This document shows, piece after piece, positions 37,801 through 52,800 of a DNA stretch of 64,000 bases. How positions within the stretch are numbered: position 1 is the stretch's first letter; every line of letters begins with the position of its first letter. The translations under genes were made by a program, and so were the position numbers. Origin of the DNA: Eledone cirrhosa. Taxonomy: Eukaryota. Under the pieces are notes generated by a model. That model saw only the letters and a list, made by a program, of their open reading frames with translations. It was not told where the DNA came from and did no database searches. The stretch covers positions 258,168,001 through 258,232,000 of the forward strand of contig OZ024741.1 in assembly GCA_964016885.1 (NCBI GenBank). Reading direction: 5' to 3'.

Positions 37801-40800
37801 GAGCGTTTCGACTTACGAGTGTTTCGACTTACGAGTGTTTTGGCTTACGAATGTTTTGACTTACGGGTGTTTCGACTTACGGGTGTTTCGGCTTACGAGT
37901 GTTTCGACTTACGAGTGTTTTGACTTACGAGTGTTCTGACTTACGAGTGTTCTGACTTATGAGTGTTCCGACTTACGAGTGTTCCGACTTACGAGTGTTT
38001 CGGCTTACGAGTGTTTCGGCTTACGAGTGTTTTGACTTACGAGTGTTCTGACTACGAGTGTTCTGACTTACGGGTGTTCTGACTTACGAGTGTTCCGACT
38101 TACGAGTGTTTCGGCTTATGAGTGTTTCGACTTACGGGCGTTTCGACTTACGGGTGTTTCGACTTACGAGTGTTTCGACTTACGAGTGTTCCGACTTACG
38201 ACTGTTTCGACTTACGAGTGTTTTGACTTACGAGTATTCCGACTTACGAGTGTTTCGGCTTACGGGTGTTTCGACGTACGAGTATTTTTGGCTTACGAGT
38301 GTTTCGACTTACGAGTGTTTTGAATTACGATTGTTTCGGCTTACGAGTGTTTCGACTTACGAGTATTTCGACTTACGAGTGTTTTGACTTATGGGTGTTT
38401 TGACATACGAGTGTTTCGATACGAATGCTCTGACTTACGAGTGTTCTGACTTACGAGTGTTCTGACTTACGAGTGTTCTGACTTACGGGTGTTCTGACTT
38501 ACGTGTGTTCCGACTTACGAGTGTTTCGGCTATGGGTGTTTCGACTTACGAGTGTTTCGACTTACGAATATTTTGGCTTACGAGTGTTTCGGCTTACGAG
38601 TGTTTCGACTTACGAATGTTTTGGCTTACGAGTGTTTCGGCTTACGGGTGTTTCGACTTACGAGTGTTTCGACTTACGAGTGTTTTGACTTACGGTGTTT
38701 CGGCTTACGAGTTATTCGACATACGAGTGTTTCGACACACGAGTGTTTTGACTTACGGGGGTTTCGACTTACGGGTGTTTCGACTTACGAGTGTTTCGGC
38801 TTACGAGTGTTTCGACTTACTAATGTTTTTACTTACGAGTGTTTCGGTGTACGAGTGTTTCGACTTAAGGATGTTTCGACTTACGAGTGTTTCGACTTAC
38901 GAGTGTTTCGGCTTACGGTGTTTCGGCTTACGAGTTATTCGACTTACGAATGTTTTGACTTACGGTGTTTTGGCTTGCGAGTGTTTCGACTTACGAGTGT
39001 TTCGGCCTATGAGTGTTTCGACTTACTAATGTTTTTACTTAAGAGTGTTTCGGCGTACGAGTGTTTTGACTTACGAGTGTTTCGACTTACGAGTGTTTTG
39101 ACTTACGAATGTTTTGACTTACATGTGTTTCGACTTACGCATGTTTCGACTTACGAGTGTTTCGACTTACGAGTGTTTTGACTTACGGATGTTTTGACTT
39201 ACGGGTGTTTCGGCTTACGAGTGTTTCGACTTACGAGTGTTTCGACTTACGAGTGTTTTGACTTACGAATGTTTTGACTTACGGTGTTTCGGCTTACGAG
39301 TGTTTCGACTTACGAGTGTTTTGACTTACGGGTGTTTTGACATACGAGTGTTTCGATACGAGTGTTCTGACTTACGAGTGTTCTGACTTACGAGTGTTCT
39401 GACTTACGAGTGTTCTGACTTACGAGTGTTCTGACATACGTGTGTTCTGTCTTACGAGTGTTCCGATTTACGAGTGTTTCGCCATATGAGTGTTTCGACT
39501 TACGAATGTTTTTGCTTACGGGTGTTTCGACTTACGAATGTTTTTGCTTACGAGTGTTTCGGCTTACGAGTGTTTCGACTTACGAAAATAACAAATAGAC
39601 GCGGTTTCAAATCTCTGCTTTTCAAATTCATTACATTAATCTTTATTTACACGTTTCGCTTTACGAGTGTTTCGACTTACGAGTGTTTCGACTTACGAGT
39701 GTTTCGACTTACGAGTGTTTCGACTTACGAGTGTTCTGAATAACGAGTGTTCTGACTTACGAGTGTTTCGACTTACGAGTGTTCTGACTTAGGAGTGTTC
39801 TGACTTACGAGTGTTCCGACTTACGAGTGTTTCGACTTACGAGTGTTTCGACTTACGAGTGTTTCGACTTACGAGTGTTTCGGCTTACGAGTGTTTTGAC
39901 TTACGAGTGTTCTGACTACGAGTGTTCTGACTTACGAGTGTTTCGGCTTATGAGTGTTTCGACTTACGAGTGTTTCGGCTTATGAGTGTTTCGACTTACG
40001 AGTGTTTCGGCTTACGAGTGTTTCGACTTACGAGTGTTTCGACTTACGAGTGTTTCGGCTTACGAGTGTTTCGACATACGGGTGTTTCGACTTACGGTGT
40101 TTCGGCTTACGAGTGTTTCGACTTACGAGTGTTCTGACTTACGAGTGTTCTGACTTATGAGTGTTCTGACTTACGAGTGTTATGACTTACGAGTGTTCCG
40201 ACTTACGAGTGTTTCGGCTTACGAGTGTTTCGGCTTACGAGTGTTTCGACTTACGAATGTTCTGACTTACGAGTGTTCTGACTTATGAGTGTTCTGACTT
40301 ACGAGTGTTCTGACTTACGAGTGTTTCGACTTACGAGTGTTTCGACTTACGAGTGTTTTGACTTACTGGTGTTTTGACATACGAGTGTTTCGATACGAGT
40401 GTTTCGACTTACGAGTGTTCTGACTTACGAGTGTTCTAACTTACGAGTGTTCTGACTTACGAGTGTTCTGACTTACGATTGTTCCGACTTACGAGTGTTT
40501 CGACTCACGAGTGTTTCGGCTTACGAGTGTTTCGACTTACGAAAATAACAAATAGACGCGGTTTCAAATCTCTATGCTTTTCAAATTCATTACATTAATC
40601 TTTATTTATACGTTTCGCTTTACGAGTGTTTCGACTTACGAGTGTTTCGACTTACGAGTGTTTCGGCTTACGAGTGTTTCGACTTACGAGTGTTTCGACT
40701 TACGAGTGTTTTGACTTACGAATGTTTTGACTTACGGTGTTTCGGCTTACGAGTGTTTCGACTTACGAGTGTTTTGACTTACGGGTGTTTTGACATACGA

Positions 40801-43800
40801 GTGTTTCGATACGAGTGTTCTGACTTACGAGTGTTCTGACTTACGAGTGTTCTGACTTACGAGTGTTCTGACTTACGAGTGTTCTGACATACGTGTGTTC
40901 TGACTTACGAGTGTTCCGATTTACGAGTGTTTCGCCATATGAGTGTTTCGACTTACGAATGTTTTTGCTTACGGGTGTTTCGACTTACGAATGTTTTTGC
41001 TTACGAGTGTTTCGGCTTACGAGTGTTTCGACTTACGAAAATAACAAATAGACGCGGTTTCAAATCTCTGCTTTTCAAATTCATTACATTAATCTTTATT
41101 TACACGTTTCGCTTTACGAGTGTTTCGACTTACGAGTGTTTCGACTTACGAGTGTTTCGACTTACGAGTGTTTCGACTTACGAGTGTTTCGACTTACGAG
41201 TGTTTCGACTTACGAGTGTTCTGAATAACGAGTGTTCTGACTTACGAGTGTTTTGACTTACGAGTGTTCTGACTACGAGTGTTCTGACTTACGAGTGTTT
41301 CGGCTTATGAGTGTTTCGACTTACGAGTGTTTCGGCTTATGAGTGTTTCGACTTACGAGTGTTTCGGCTTACGAGTGTTTCGACTTACGAGTGTTTCGAC
41401 TTACGAGTGTTTCGGCTTACGAGTGTTTCGACATACGGGTGTTTCGACTTACGGTGTTTCGGCTTACGAGTGTTTCGACTTACGAGTGTTCTGACTTACG
41501 AGTGTTCTGACTTATGAGTGTTCTGACTTACGAGTGTTCTGACTTACGAGTGTTCCGACTTACGAGTGTTTCGGCTTACGAGTGTTTCGGCTTACGAGTG
41601 TTTCGACTTACGAGTGTTCTGACTTACGAGTGTTCTGACTTATGAGTGTTCTGACTTACGAGTGTTCTGACTTACGAGTGTTTCGACTTACGAGTGTTTC
41701 GACTTACGAGTGTTTTGACTTACTGGTGTTTTGACATACGAGTGTTTCGATACGAGTGTTTCGACTTACGAGTGTTCTGACTTACGAGTGTTCTAACTTA
41801 CGAGTGATCTGACTTACGAGTGTTCTGACTTACGATTGTTCCGACTTACGAGTGTTTCGACTCACGAGTGTTTCGGCTTACGAGTGTTTCGACTTACGAA
41901 AATAACAAATAGACGCGGTTTCAAATCTCTATGCTTTTCAAATTCATTACATTAATCTTTATTTATACGTTTCGCTTTACGAGTGTTTCGACTTACGAGT
42001 GTTTCGACTTACGAGTGTTTCGGCTTACGAGTGTTTCGACTTACGAGTGTTTCGACTTACGAGTGTTTTGACTTACTGGTGTTTTGACATACGAGTGTTT
42101 CGATACGAGTGTTTCGACTTACGAGTGTTCTGACTTACGAGTGTTCTGACTTACGAGTGTTTCGACTTACGAGTGTTCTGACTTAGGAGTGTTCTGACTT
42201 ACGAATGTTCCGACTTACGAGTGTTTCGACTTACGAGTGTTTTGACTTACGAGTGTTTCGACTTACGAGTGTTTCGGCTTACGAGTGTTTTGACTTACGA
42301 GTGTTCTGACTACGAGTGTTCTGACTTACGAGTGTTTCGGCTTATGAGTGTTTCGACTTACGAGTGTTTCGGCTTATGAGTGTTTCGACTTACGAGTGTT
42401 TCGGCTTACGAGTGTTTCGACTTACGAGTGTTTCGACTTACGAGTGTTTCGATTTACGGGTGTTTCGACTTACGAGTGTTTCGACTACGAGTGTTTCGAC
42501 TTACGAGTGTTTCGACTTACGAGTGTTTCGACATACGGGTGTTTCGACTTACGGTGTTTCGGCTTACGAGTGTTTCGATACGAGTGTTCTGACTTACGAG
42601 TGTTCTGACTTACTAGTGTTCTGACTTACGAGTGTTCTGACTTACGAGTGTTTCGGTGTACGAGTGTTTCGACTTAAGGATGTTTCGACTTACGAGTGTT
42701 TCGACTTAAGAGCGTTTCGACTTACGAGTGTTTCGACTTACGAGTGTTTTGGCTTACGAATGTTTTGACTTACGGGTGTTTCGACTTACGGGTGTTTCGG
42801 CTTACGAGTGTTTCGACTTACGAGTGTTTTGACTTACGAGTGTTCTGACTTACGAGTGTTCTGACTTATGAGTGTTCCGACTTACGAGTGTTCCGACTTA
42901 CGAGTGTTTCGGCTTACGAGTGTTTCGGCTTACGAGTGTTTTGACTTACGAGTGTTCTGACTACGAGTGTTCTGACTTACGGGTGTTCTGACTTACGAGT
43001 GTTCCGACTTACGAGTGTTTCGGCTTATGAGTGTTTCGACTTACGGGCGTTTCGACTTACGGGTGTTTCGACTTACGAGTGTTTCGACTTACGAGTGTTC
43101 CGACTTACGACTGTTTCGACTTACGAGTGTTTTGACTTACGAGTATTCCGACTTACGAGTGTTTCGGCTTACGGGTGTTTCGACGTACGAGTATTTTTGG
43201 CTTACGAGTGTTTCGACTTACGAGTGTTTTGAATTACGATTGTTTCGGCTTAGGAGTGTTTCGACTTACGAGTATTTCGACTTACGAGTGTTTTGACTTA
43301 TGGGTGTTTTGACATACGAGTGTTTCGATACGAATGCTCTGACTTACGAGTGTTCTGACTTACGAGTGTTCTGACTTACGAGTGTTCTGACTTACGGGTG
43401 TTCTGACTTACGTGTGTTCCGACTTACGAGTGTTTCGGCTATGGGTGTTTCGACTTACGAGTGTTTCGACTTACGAATATTTTGGCTTACGAGTGTTTCG
43501 GCTTACGAGTGTTTCGACTTACGAGTGTTTCGACTTACGAGTGTTTCGGCTTACGAGTGTTTCGACATACGGGTGTTTCGACTTACGGTGTTTCGGCTTA
43601 CGAGTGTTTCGACTTACGAGTGTTCTGACTTACGAGTGTTCTGACTTATGAGTGTTCTGACTTACGAGTGTTCTGACTTACGAGTGTTCCGACTTACGAG
43701 TGTTTCGGCTTACGAGTGTTTCGGCTTACGAGTGTTTCGACTTACGAGTGTTCTGACTTACGAGTGTTCTGACTTATGAGTGTTCTGACTTACGAGTGTT

Positions 43801-46800
43801 CTGACTTACGAGTGTTTCGACTTACGAGTGTTTCGACTTACGAGTGTTTTGACTTACTGGTGTTTTGACATACGAGTGTTTCGATACGAGTGTTTCGACT
43901 TACGAGTGTTCTGACTTACGAGTGTTCTAACTTACGAGTGATCTGACTTACGAGTGTTCTGACTTACGATTGTTCCGACTTACGAGTGTTTCGACTCACG
44001 AGTGTTTCGGCTTACGAGTGTTTCGACTTACGAAAATAACAAATAGACGCGGTTTCAAATCTCTATGCTTTTCAAATTCATTACATTAATCTTTATTTAT
44101 ACGTTTCGCTTTACGAGTGTTTCGACTTACGAGTGTTTCGACTTACGAGTGTTTCGGCTTACGAGTGTTTCGACTTACGAGTGTTTCGACTTACGAGTGT
44201 TTTGACTTACTGGTGTTTTGACATACGAGTGTTTCGATACGAGTGTTTCGACTTACGAGTGTTCTGACTTACGAGTGTTCTGACTTACGAGTGTTTCGAC
44301 TTACGAGTGTTCTGACTTAGGAGTGTTCTGACTTACGAATGTTCCGACTTACGAGTGTTTCGACTTACGAGTGTTTTGACTTACGAGTGTTTCGACTTAC
44401 GAGTGTTTCGGCTTACGAGTGTTTTGACTTACGAGTGTTCTGACTACGAGTGTTCTGACTTACGAGTGTTTCGGCTTATGAGTGTTTCGACTTACGAGTG
44501 TTTCGGCTTATGAGTGTTTCGACTTACGAGTGTTTCGGCTTACGAGTGTTTCGACTTACGAGTGTTTCGACTTACGAGTGTTTCGATTTACGGGTGTTTC
44601 GACTTACGAGTGTTTCGACTACGAGTGTTTCGACTTACGAGTGTTTCGACTTACGAGTGTTTCGACATACGGGTGTTTCGACTTACGGTGTTTCGGCTTA
44701 CGAGTGTTTCGATACGAGTGTTCTGACTTACGAGTGTTCTGACTTACTAGTGTTCTGACTTACGAGTGTTCTGACTTACGAGTGTTTCGGTGTACGAGTG
44801 TTTCGACTTAAGGATGTTTCGACTTACGAGTGTTTCGACTTACGAGCGTTTCGACTTACGAGTGTTTCGACTTACGAGTGTTTTGGCTTACGAATGTTTT
44901 GACTTACGGGTGTTTCGACTTACGGGTGTTTCGGCTTACGAGTGTTTCGACTTACGAGTGTTTTGACTTACGAGTGTTCTGACTTACGAGTGTTCTGACT
45001 TATGAGTGTTCCGACTTACGAGTGTTCCGACTTACGAGTGTTTCGGCTTACGAGTGTTTCGGCTTACGAGTGTTTTGACTTACGAGTGTTCTGACTACGA
45101 GTGTTCTGACTTACGGGTGTTCTGACTTACGAGTGTTCCGACTTACGAGTGTTTCGGCTTATGAGTGTTTCGACATACGGGCGTTTCGACTTACGGGTGT
45201 TTCGACTTACGAGTGTTTCGACTTACGAGTGTTCCGACTTACGACTGTTTCGACTTACGAGTGTTTTGACTTACGAGTATTCCGACTTACGAGTGTTTCG
45301 GCTTACGGGTGTTTCGACGTACGAGTATTTTTGGCTTACGAGTGTTTCGACTTACGAGTGTTTTGAATTACGATTGTTTCGGCTTACGAGTGTTTCGACT
45401 TACGAGTATTTCGACTTACGAGTGTTTTGACTTATGGGTGTTTTGACATACGAGTGTTTCGATACAAATGCTCTGACTTACGAGTGTTCTGACTTACGAG
45501 TGTTCTGACTTACGAGTGTTCTGACTTACGGGTGTTCTGACTTACGTGTGTTCCGACTTACGAGTGTTTCGGCTATGGGTGTTTCGACTTACGAGTGTTT
45601 CGACTTACGAATATTTTGGCTTACGAGTGTTTCGGCTTACGAGTGTTTCGACTTACGAATGTTTTGGCTTACGAGTGTTTCGGCTTACGGGTGTTTCGAC
45701 TTACGAGTGTTTCGACTTACGAGTGTTTTGACTTACGGTGTTTCGGCTTACGAGTTATTCGACATACGAGTGTTTCGACACACGAGTGTTTTGACTTACG
45801 GGGGTTTCGACTTACGGGTGTTTCGACTTACGAGTGTTTCGGCTTACGAGTGTTTCGACTTACTAATGTTTTTACTTACGAGTGTTTCGGTGTACGAGTG
45901 TTTCGACTTAAGGATGTTTCGACTTACGAGTGTTTCGACTTACGAGTGTTTCGGCTTACGGTGTTTCGGCTTACGAGTTATTCGACTTACGAATGTTTTG
46001 ACTTACGGGTGTTTTGGCTTGCGAGTGTTTCGACTTACGAGTGTTTCGGCCTATGAGTGTTTCGACTTAGTAATGTTTTTACTTAAGAGTGTTTCGGCGT
46101 ACGAGTGTTTTGACTTACGAGTGTTTCGACTTACGAGTGTTTTGACTTACGAATGTTTTGACTTACGGGTGTTTCGGCTTACGAGTCTTTCGACTTACGA
46201 GTGTTTCGGCTGGCAAGTGTTTCGACTTACGAGTGTTTTGACTTACGAGTGTTTCGACTTACGAGTGTTTTGACTTATGAGTGTTTCGACTTACGAGTGT
46301 TTTGACTTAAGGGTGTTTCGACTTACGAGTGTTTCGATACGAGTGTTTCGACTTACGAGTGTTTTGGCTTACGGTGTTTCGACTTACGAGTGTTTCGGCT
46401 TACGAGTGTTTTGACTTAAGGGTGTTTCGACTTACGAGTGTTTCGATACGAGTGTTTCGATTTACGAGTGTTTCGGCTTACGAGTGTTTCGACTTACGAG
46501 TGTTTCGACTTACGAGTGTTCTGATTTACGGATGTTTCGACATACGAGTGTTTCGACTTACGAGTGTTTCGACTTACGAGTGTTTTGACTTACGGGTGTT
46601 TTGACATACGAGTGTTTCGATACGAGTGTTTCGACTTACGAGTGTTCTGACTTACGATTGCTCTGACTTACGAGCGTTCTGACTTACGAGTGTTTCGGCT
46701 TGCGAGTGTTTCGACTTACGAGTGTTTTGGCTTGCGAGTGTTTCGACTTACTAATAATTTTACTTACGAGTGTTTCGGCGTACGAGTGTTTCGACTTACG

Positions 46801-49800
46801 AGTGTTTCGACTTACGGGTGTTTTGACTTACGGGTGTTTCGGCTTACGAGTGTTTCGACTTACGAGTGTTTCGACTTACGATTGTTTCGTATTACGAGTG
46901 TTTTGATTTGAGGGTTTTCGACTTACGAGTGTTTCGATACGAGTGTTTCGACTTACGAGTGTTCTGACTTACGAGTGTTCTGACTTACAAGTGTTCTTAC
47001 TTACGAGTGTTCCGACTTACGAGTGTTCCGACTTACGAGTGTTTCGGCTTACGAGTGTTTCGGCTTACGAGTGTTTCGACTTACGAGTGTTCCGACTTAC
47101 GGGTGTTTCGACTTACGAGTGTTTTGGCTTACGGTGTTTCGGCTTACGAGTGTTTCGAGTTACGAGAGTTTTGACTTACGCGTGTTTTGACATACGAGTG
47201 TTTCGATACGAGTGTTCTGACTTACGAGTGTTCTGACTTACGAGTGTTCTGAGTTACGAGTGTTCTGACTTACGAGTGTTCCGACTTTACGAGTGTTTCG
47301 GCTCACGAGTGTTTAGGCTTACGAGTGTTTCGACTTACGAAAATAACAAATAGACGCGGTTTCAAATCTCTATGCTTTTCAAATTCATTACATTAATCTT
47401 TATTCATACGTTTCGCTTTACGAGTGTTTCGACTTACGAGTGTTTCGACATACGAGTGTTTCGGCTTACGAGTGTTTTGATTTACGAGTGTTTTGACTTA
47501 CGGGTGCTTCGACTTACGCGTGTTTCGACTTACGAGTGTTTCGACTTACGAGTGTTTCGACTTACGAGTGTTTCGGCTTACGAGTGTTTTGACTTACGAG
47601 TGTTTCGGCTGGCGAGTTTTTCGACTTACGAGTGTTTTGACTTAAGGGTGTTTCGACTTACGAGTGTTTCGACTTACGAGTGTTCCGACTTACGTGTGTT
47701 TCGACTTACGAGTGTTTTGGCTTACGGTGTTTCGACTTACGAGTGTTTCGGCTTACGAGTGTTTTGACTTAAGGGTGTTTCGACTTACGAGTGTTTCGAT
47801 ACGTGTGTTTCGACTTACGAGTGTTTCGGCTTACGAGTGTTTCGACTTACGAGTGTTTCGACTTACGAGTGTTCTGATTTACGGATGTTTCGACATACGA
47901 GTGTTTTGACTTACGAGTGTTTCGACTTACGAGTGTTTTGACTTACGTGTGTTTTGACATACGAGTGTTTCGATACGAGTGTTTCGACTTACGAGTGTTC
48001 TGACTTACGATTGTTCTGACTTACGAGCGTTCTGACTTACGAGTGTTTCGGCTTACGAGTGTTTCGGCTTACGAGTGTTTCGACTTACGAGTGTTTCGAC
48101 TTACGAGTGTTCCGACTTACGGGTGTTTCGACTTACGAGTGTTTTGGCTTACGGTGTTTCGACTTACGAGTGTTTCGAGTTAAGAGTGTTTTGAGTTACG
48201 CGTGTTTTGACATACGAGTGTTCTGACTTACGAGTGTTCTGACTTACGAGTGTTCTGACTTACGAGTGTTCCGACTTTACGAGTGTTTCGGCTCACGAGT
48301 GTTTCGGCTCACGAGTCTTTCGGCTTACGAGTGTTTCGACTTACGAAAATAACAAATAGACGCGGTATCAAATCTCTATGCTTTTCAAATTCGTTACATT
48401 AATCTTTATTTATACGTTTCGCTTTACGAGTGTTTCGACTTACGAGTGTTTTGACATACGAGTGTTTCGGCTTACGAGTGTTTTAATTTACGAGTGTTTT
48501 GAATTACGGGTGCTTCGACTTACGCGTGTTTCGACTTACGAGTGTTTCGACTTACGAGTGTTTCGACTTACGAGTGATTCGACTTACGAATGTTTTGACT
48601 TACGGGTGTTTCGGCTTGCGAGTGTTTCAACTTACAAGTGTTTCGGCTTATGAGTGTTTCGACTTACTAATGTTTTTACTTACGAGTGTTTCGGCGTACG
48701 AGTCTTTTGACTTACGAGTGTTTCGACTTACGAGTGTTTTGACTTACGAATGTTCTGACTTACGGGTGTTTCGGCTTACGAGTGTTTCGACTTAGGAGTG
48801 TTTCGGCTGGCGAGTGTTTCGACTTACGAGTGTTTTGACTTAAGGGTGTTTCGACTTACGAGTGTTTCGACTTACGAGTGTTTCGACTTACGAGTGTTTC
48901 GGCTTACGAGTGTTTTGACTTAAGGGTGTTTCGACTTACGAGTGTTTCGATACGAGTGTTTCGACTTGCGAGTGTTCTGACTTACGATTGTTCTGACTTA
49001 CGAGCGTTCTGACTTACGAGTGTTCTGACTTACGAGTGTTTCGGCTTACGAGTGTTTCGGCTTACGAGTGTTTCGACTTACGAGTGTTTCGACTTACGAG
49101 TGTTCCGACTTACGGGTGTTTCGACTTACGAGTGTTTTGGCTTATAGTGTTTCGGCTTACGAGTGTTTCGAGTTAAGAGTGTTTTGACTTACGCGTGTTT
49201 TGACATACGAGTGTTCTGACTTACGAGTGTTCTGACTTACGAGTGTTCTGACTTACGAGTGTTCTGACTTACGAGTGTTCCGACTTTACGAGTGTTTCGG
49301 CTCACGAGTGTTTCGGCTTACGAGTGTTTCAACTTACGAAAATAACAAATAGACGCGGTTTCAAATCTCTATGCTTTTGAAATTCATTACATTAATCTTT
49401 ATTTATACGTTTCGCTTTACGAGTGTTTCGACTTACGAGTGTTTCGACATACGAGTGTTTCGACTTACGAATGTTTTTGCTTACGGGTGTTTCGACTTAC
49501 GAATGTTTTTGCTTACGAGTGTTTCGGTTTACGAGTGTTCCGACTTACGAGTGTTTCGGCTTACGAGTGTTTCCGGCTTACGAGTGTTTCGACTTACGAG
49601 TGTTTCGACTTACGAGTGTTTTGACTTACGGTGTTTCGGCTTACGAGTGATTAGACTTACGAGTGTTTTAACTTACGGGTGTTTTGACTTACGGGTGTTG
49701 TGAATTACGAGTGTTCCGATTTACGAGTGTTTTGACTTACGGTATTTCGGCTTACAAGTGATTCGACTTACGAATGTTTTGACTTACGGGTGTTTCGGCT

Positions 49801-52800
49801 TGCGAGTGTTTCGACTTACGAGTGTTTCGGCTTATGAGTGTTTCGACTTACTAATGTTTTTACTTACGAGTGTTTCGGCGTACGAGTGTTTTGACTTACG
49901 AGTGTTTCGACTTACGAATGTTTTGACTTACGAATGTTTTGACATACGGGTGTTTCGGCTTACGAGTGTTTCGACTTACGAGTGTTTTGACTTAAGGGTG
50001 TTTCGATTTACGAGTGTTTTGACTTACGAGTGTTTCGACTTACGAGTGTTTCGGATTACGAGTGTTTTGACTTGAGGGTTTTCGACTTACGAGTGTTTCG
50101 ATACGAGTGTTTCGACTTACGAGTGTTCTGACTTACGAGTGTTCTGATTTACGGATGTTTCGACACACGAGTGTTTCGAATTACGAGTGTTTCGACTTAC
50201 GAGTGTTTTGACTTACGGGTGTTTTGACATACGAGTGTTTCGATACGAGTGTTTCGACTTACGAGTGTTCTGACTTACGAGTGTTCTGACTTACGAGTGT
50301 TCTGACTTACGAGTGTTCTTACTTACGAGTGTTCCGACTTACGAGTGTTTCGGCTTACGAGTGTTTCGACTTACGACTGTTCCGACTTACAGGTGTTTCG
50401 ACTTACGAGTGTTTTGGCTTACGGTGTTTCGGCTTACGAGTGTTTCGAGTTACGAGTGTTTTGACTTACGCGTGTTTTGACATACGAGTGTTTCGATACG
50501 AGTGTTCTGACTTACAAGTGTTCTGACTTACGAGTGTTCTGACTTACGAGTGTTCTGACTTACGAGTGTTTCGACTTACGAGTGTTCTGACTTACGAGTG
50601 TTCTGACTTACGAATGTTCCGACTTACGAGTGTTTCGACTTACGAGTGTTTAGACTTACGAGTGTTTCGACTTACGAGTGTTTCGGCTTACGAGTGTTTT
50701 GACTTACGAGTGTTCTGACTACGAGTGTTCTGACTTACGAGTGTTTCGGCTTATGAGTGTTTCGACTTACGAGTGTTTCGGCTTATGAGTGTTTCGACTT
50801 ACGAGTGTTTCGACTTACGAGTGTTTCGACTTACGAGTGTTTCGACTTACGGGTGTTTCAACTTACGATTGTTTCAACTAAGAGTGTTTCGACTTACGAG
50901 TGTTTCGGCTTACGAGTGTTACGACATACGGGTGTTTCGACTTACGGTGTTTCAGCTTACGAGTGTTTCGATGCGAGTGTTCTGACTTACGAGTGTTCTG
51001 ACTTACGAGTGTTCTGACTTACGAGTGTTCTGAATTACGAGTGTTCCGACTTTACGAGTGTTTCGGCTCACAAGTGTTTCGGCTTACGAGTGTTTCGACT
51101 TACGAAAATAACAAATAGACGCGGTTTCAAATCTCTATGCTTTTCAAATTCATTACATTAATCTTTATTTATACGTTTCGCTTTACGAGTGTTTCGACTT
51201 ACGAGTGTTTCGACATACGAGTGTTTCGGCTTACGAGTGTTTTGACTTACGGGTGTTTCGACTTACGAGTGTTTTGGCTTACGGTGTTTCGGCTTACGAG
51301 TGTTTCGAATTACGAGTGTTTCGACTTACGAGTGTTTTGACTTACGGGTCTTTTGACATACGAGTGTTTCGATACGAGTGTTTCGACTTACGAGTGTTCT
51401 GACTTACGAGTGTTCTGACTTACGTGTGTTCTGACTTACGAGTGTTCTGATTTACGAGTGTTCCGACTTTACGAGTGTTTCGGCTCACGAGTGTTTCGGC
51501 TTACGAGTGTTTCGACTTACAAAAATAACAAATAGACGCGGTTTCAAATCTCTATGCTTTTCAAATTCATTACATTAATCTTTATTTATACGTTTCGCTT
51601 TACGAGTGTTTCGACTTACGAGTGTTTCGACATACGAGTGTTTCGGCTTACGAGTGTTTTGATTTACGAGTGTTTTGACTTACGGGTGCTACGACTTACG
51701 CGTGTTTCGACTTACGAGTGTTTCGACTAACGAGTGTTTCGACTTACGAGTGTTTCGGCTTACGAGTGTTTTGACTTACGAATGTTTTGACTTACGATTG
51801 TTTCGGCTTACGAGTGTTTCGACTTACGAGTGTTCTGACTACGAGTGTTCTGACTTACGGGTGTTCTGACTTACGAGTGTTCCGACTTACGAGTGTTTCG
51901 GCTTATGAGTGTTTCGACTTACGAGTGCTTCGACTTACGAGTGTTTCGGCTTACGGGTGTTTCGACTTACGAATGTTTTTGCTTACGAGTGTTTCGGCTT
52001 ACGAGTGTTTCGGCTTATGAGTGTTTCGACTTACGAGTGTTTTGACTTACGGGTGATTTGACATACGAGTGTTTCGATACGAGTGTTCTGACTTACGAGT
52101 GTTTCCGCTTACGAGTGTTTCGGCTTACGAGTGTTTCGACTTACTAATGTTTTTACTTACGAGTGTTTCGCTGTACGAGTTTTTCGACTTAAGGATGTTT
52201 CGACTTACGAGTGTTTCGACTTACGAGTGTTTCGACTTACGAGTGTTTTGGCTTACGAATGTTTTGACTTACGGGTGTTTCGACTTACGGGTGTTTCGGT
52301 TTAAGAGTATTTCGACTTACGAGTGTTTTGACTTACGAGTGTTCTGATTTACGAGTGTTCTGACTTATGAGTGTTCCGACTTACGAGTGTTCCGACTTAC
52401 GAGTGTTTCGGCTTACGAGTGTTTCGGCTTAAGAGTGTTTCGGCTTACGAGTGTTTTGACTTACGAGTGTTCTGACTACGAGTGTTCTGACTTACGGGTG
52501 TTCTGACTTACGAGTGTTCCGACTTACGAGTGTTTCGGCTTATGAGTGTTTCGACTTACGGGCGTTTCGACTTACGGGTGTTTCGACTTACGAGTGTTTT
52601 GACTTACGAGTGTTCTGACTTACGAGTGTTCTGACTTACGAGTGTTCCGACCTACGACTGTTTCGACTTACGAGTGTTTTGACTTACGAGTGTTCCGACT
52701 TACGAGTGTTTCGGCTTACGGGTGTTTCGACGTACGAGTATTTTTGGCTTACGAGTGTTTCGACTTACGAGTGTTTTGAATTACGATTGTTTCGGCTTAC

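Larger units (their letters stand above)
17320..52390 (+). repeat. Higher-order tandem duplication, about 17.5-kb unit x2 (about 17320-34840 and 34841-52390)
   Basis: ORF offsets of 17,521 (17491/35012), 17,553 (19886/37439), 17,536 (23106/40642) and 17,552 (24796/42348 through 34517/52069). The order of 13 insert alleles is the same in both copies. Confidence 0.93.
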
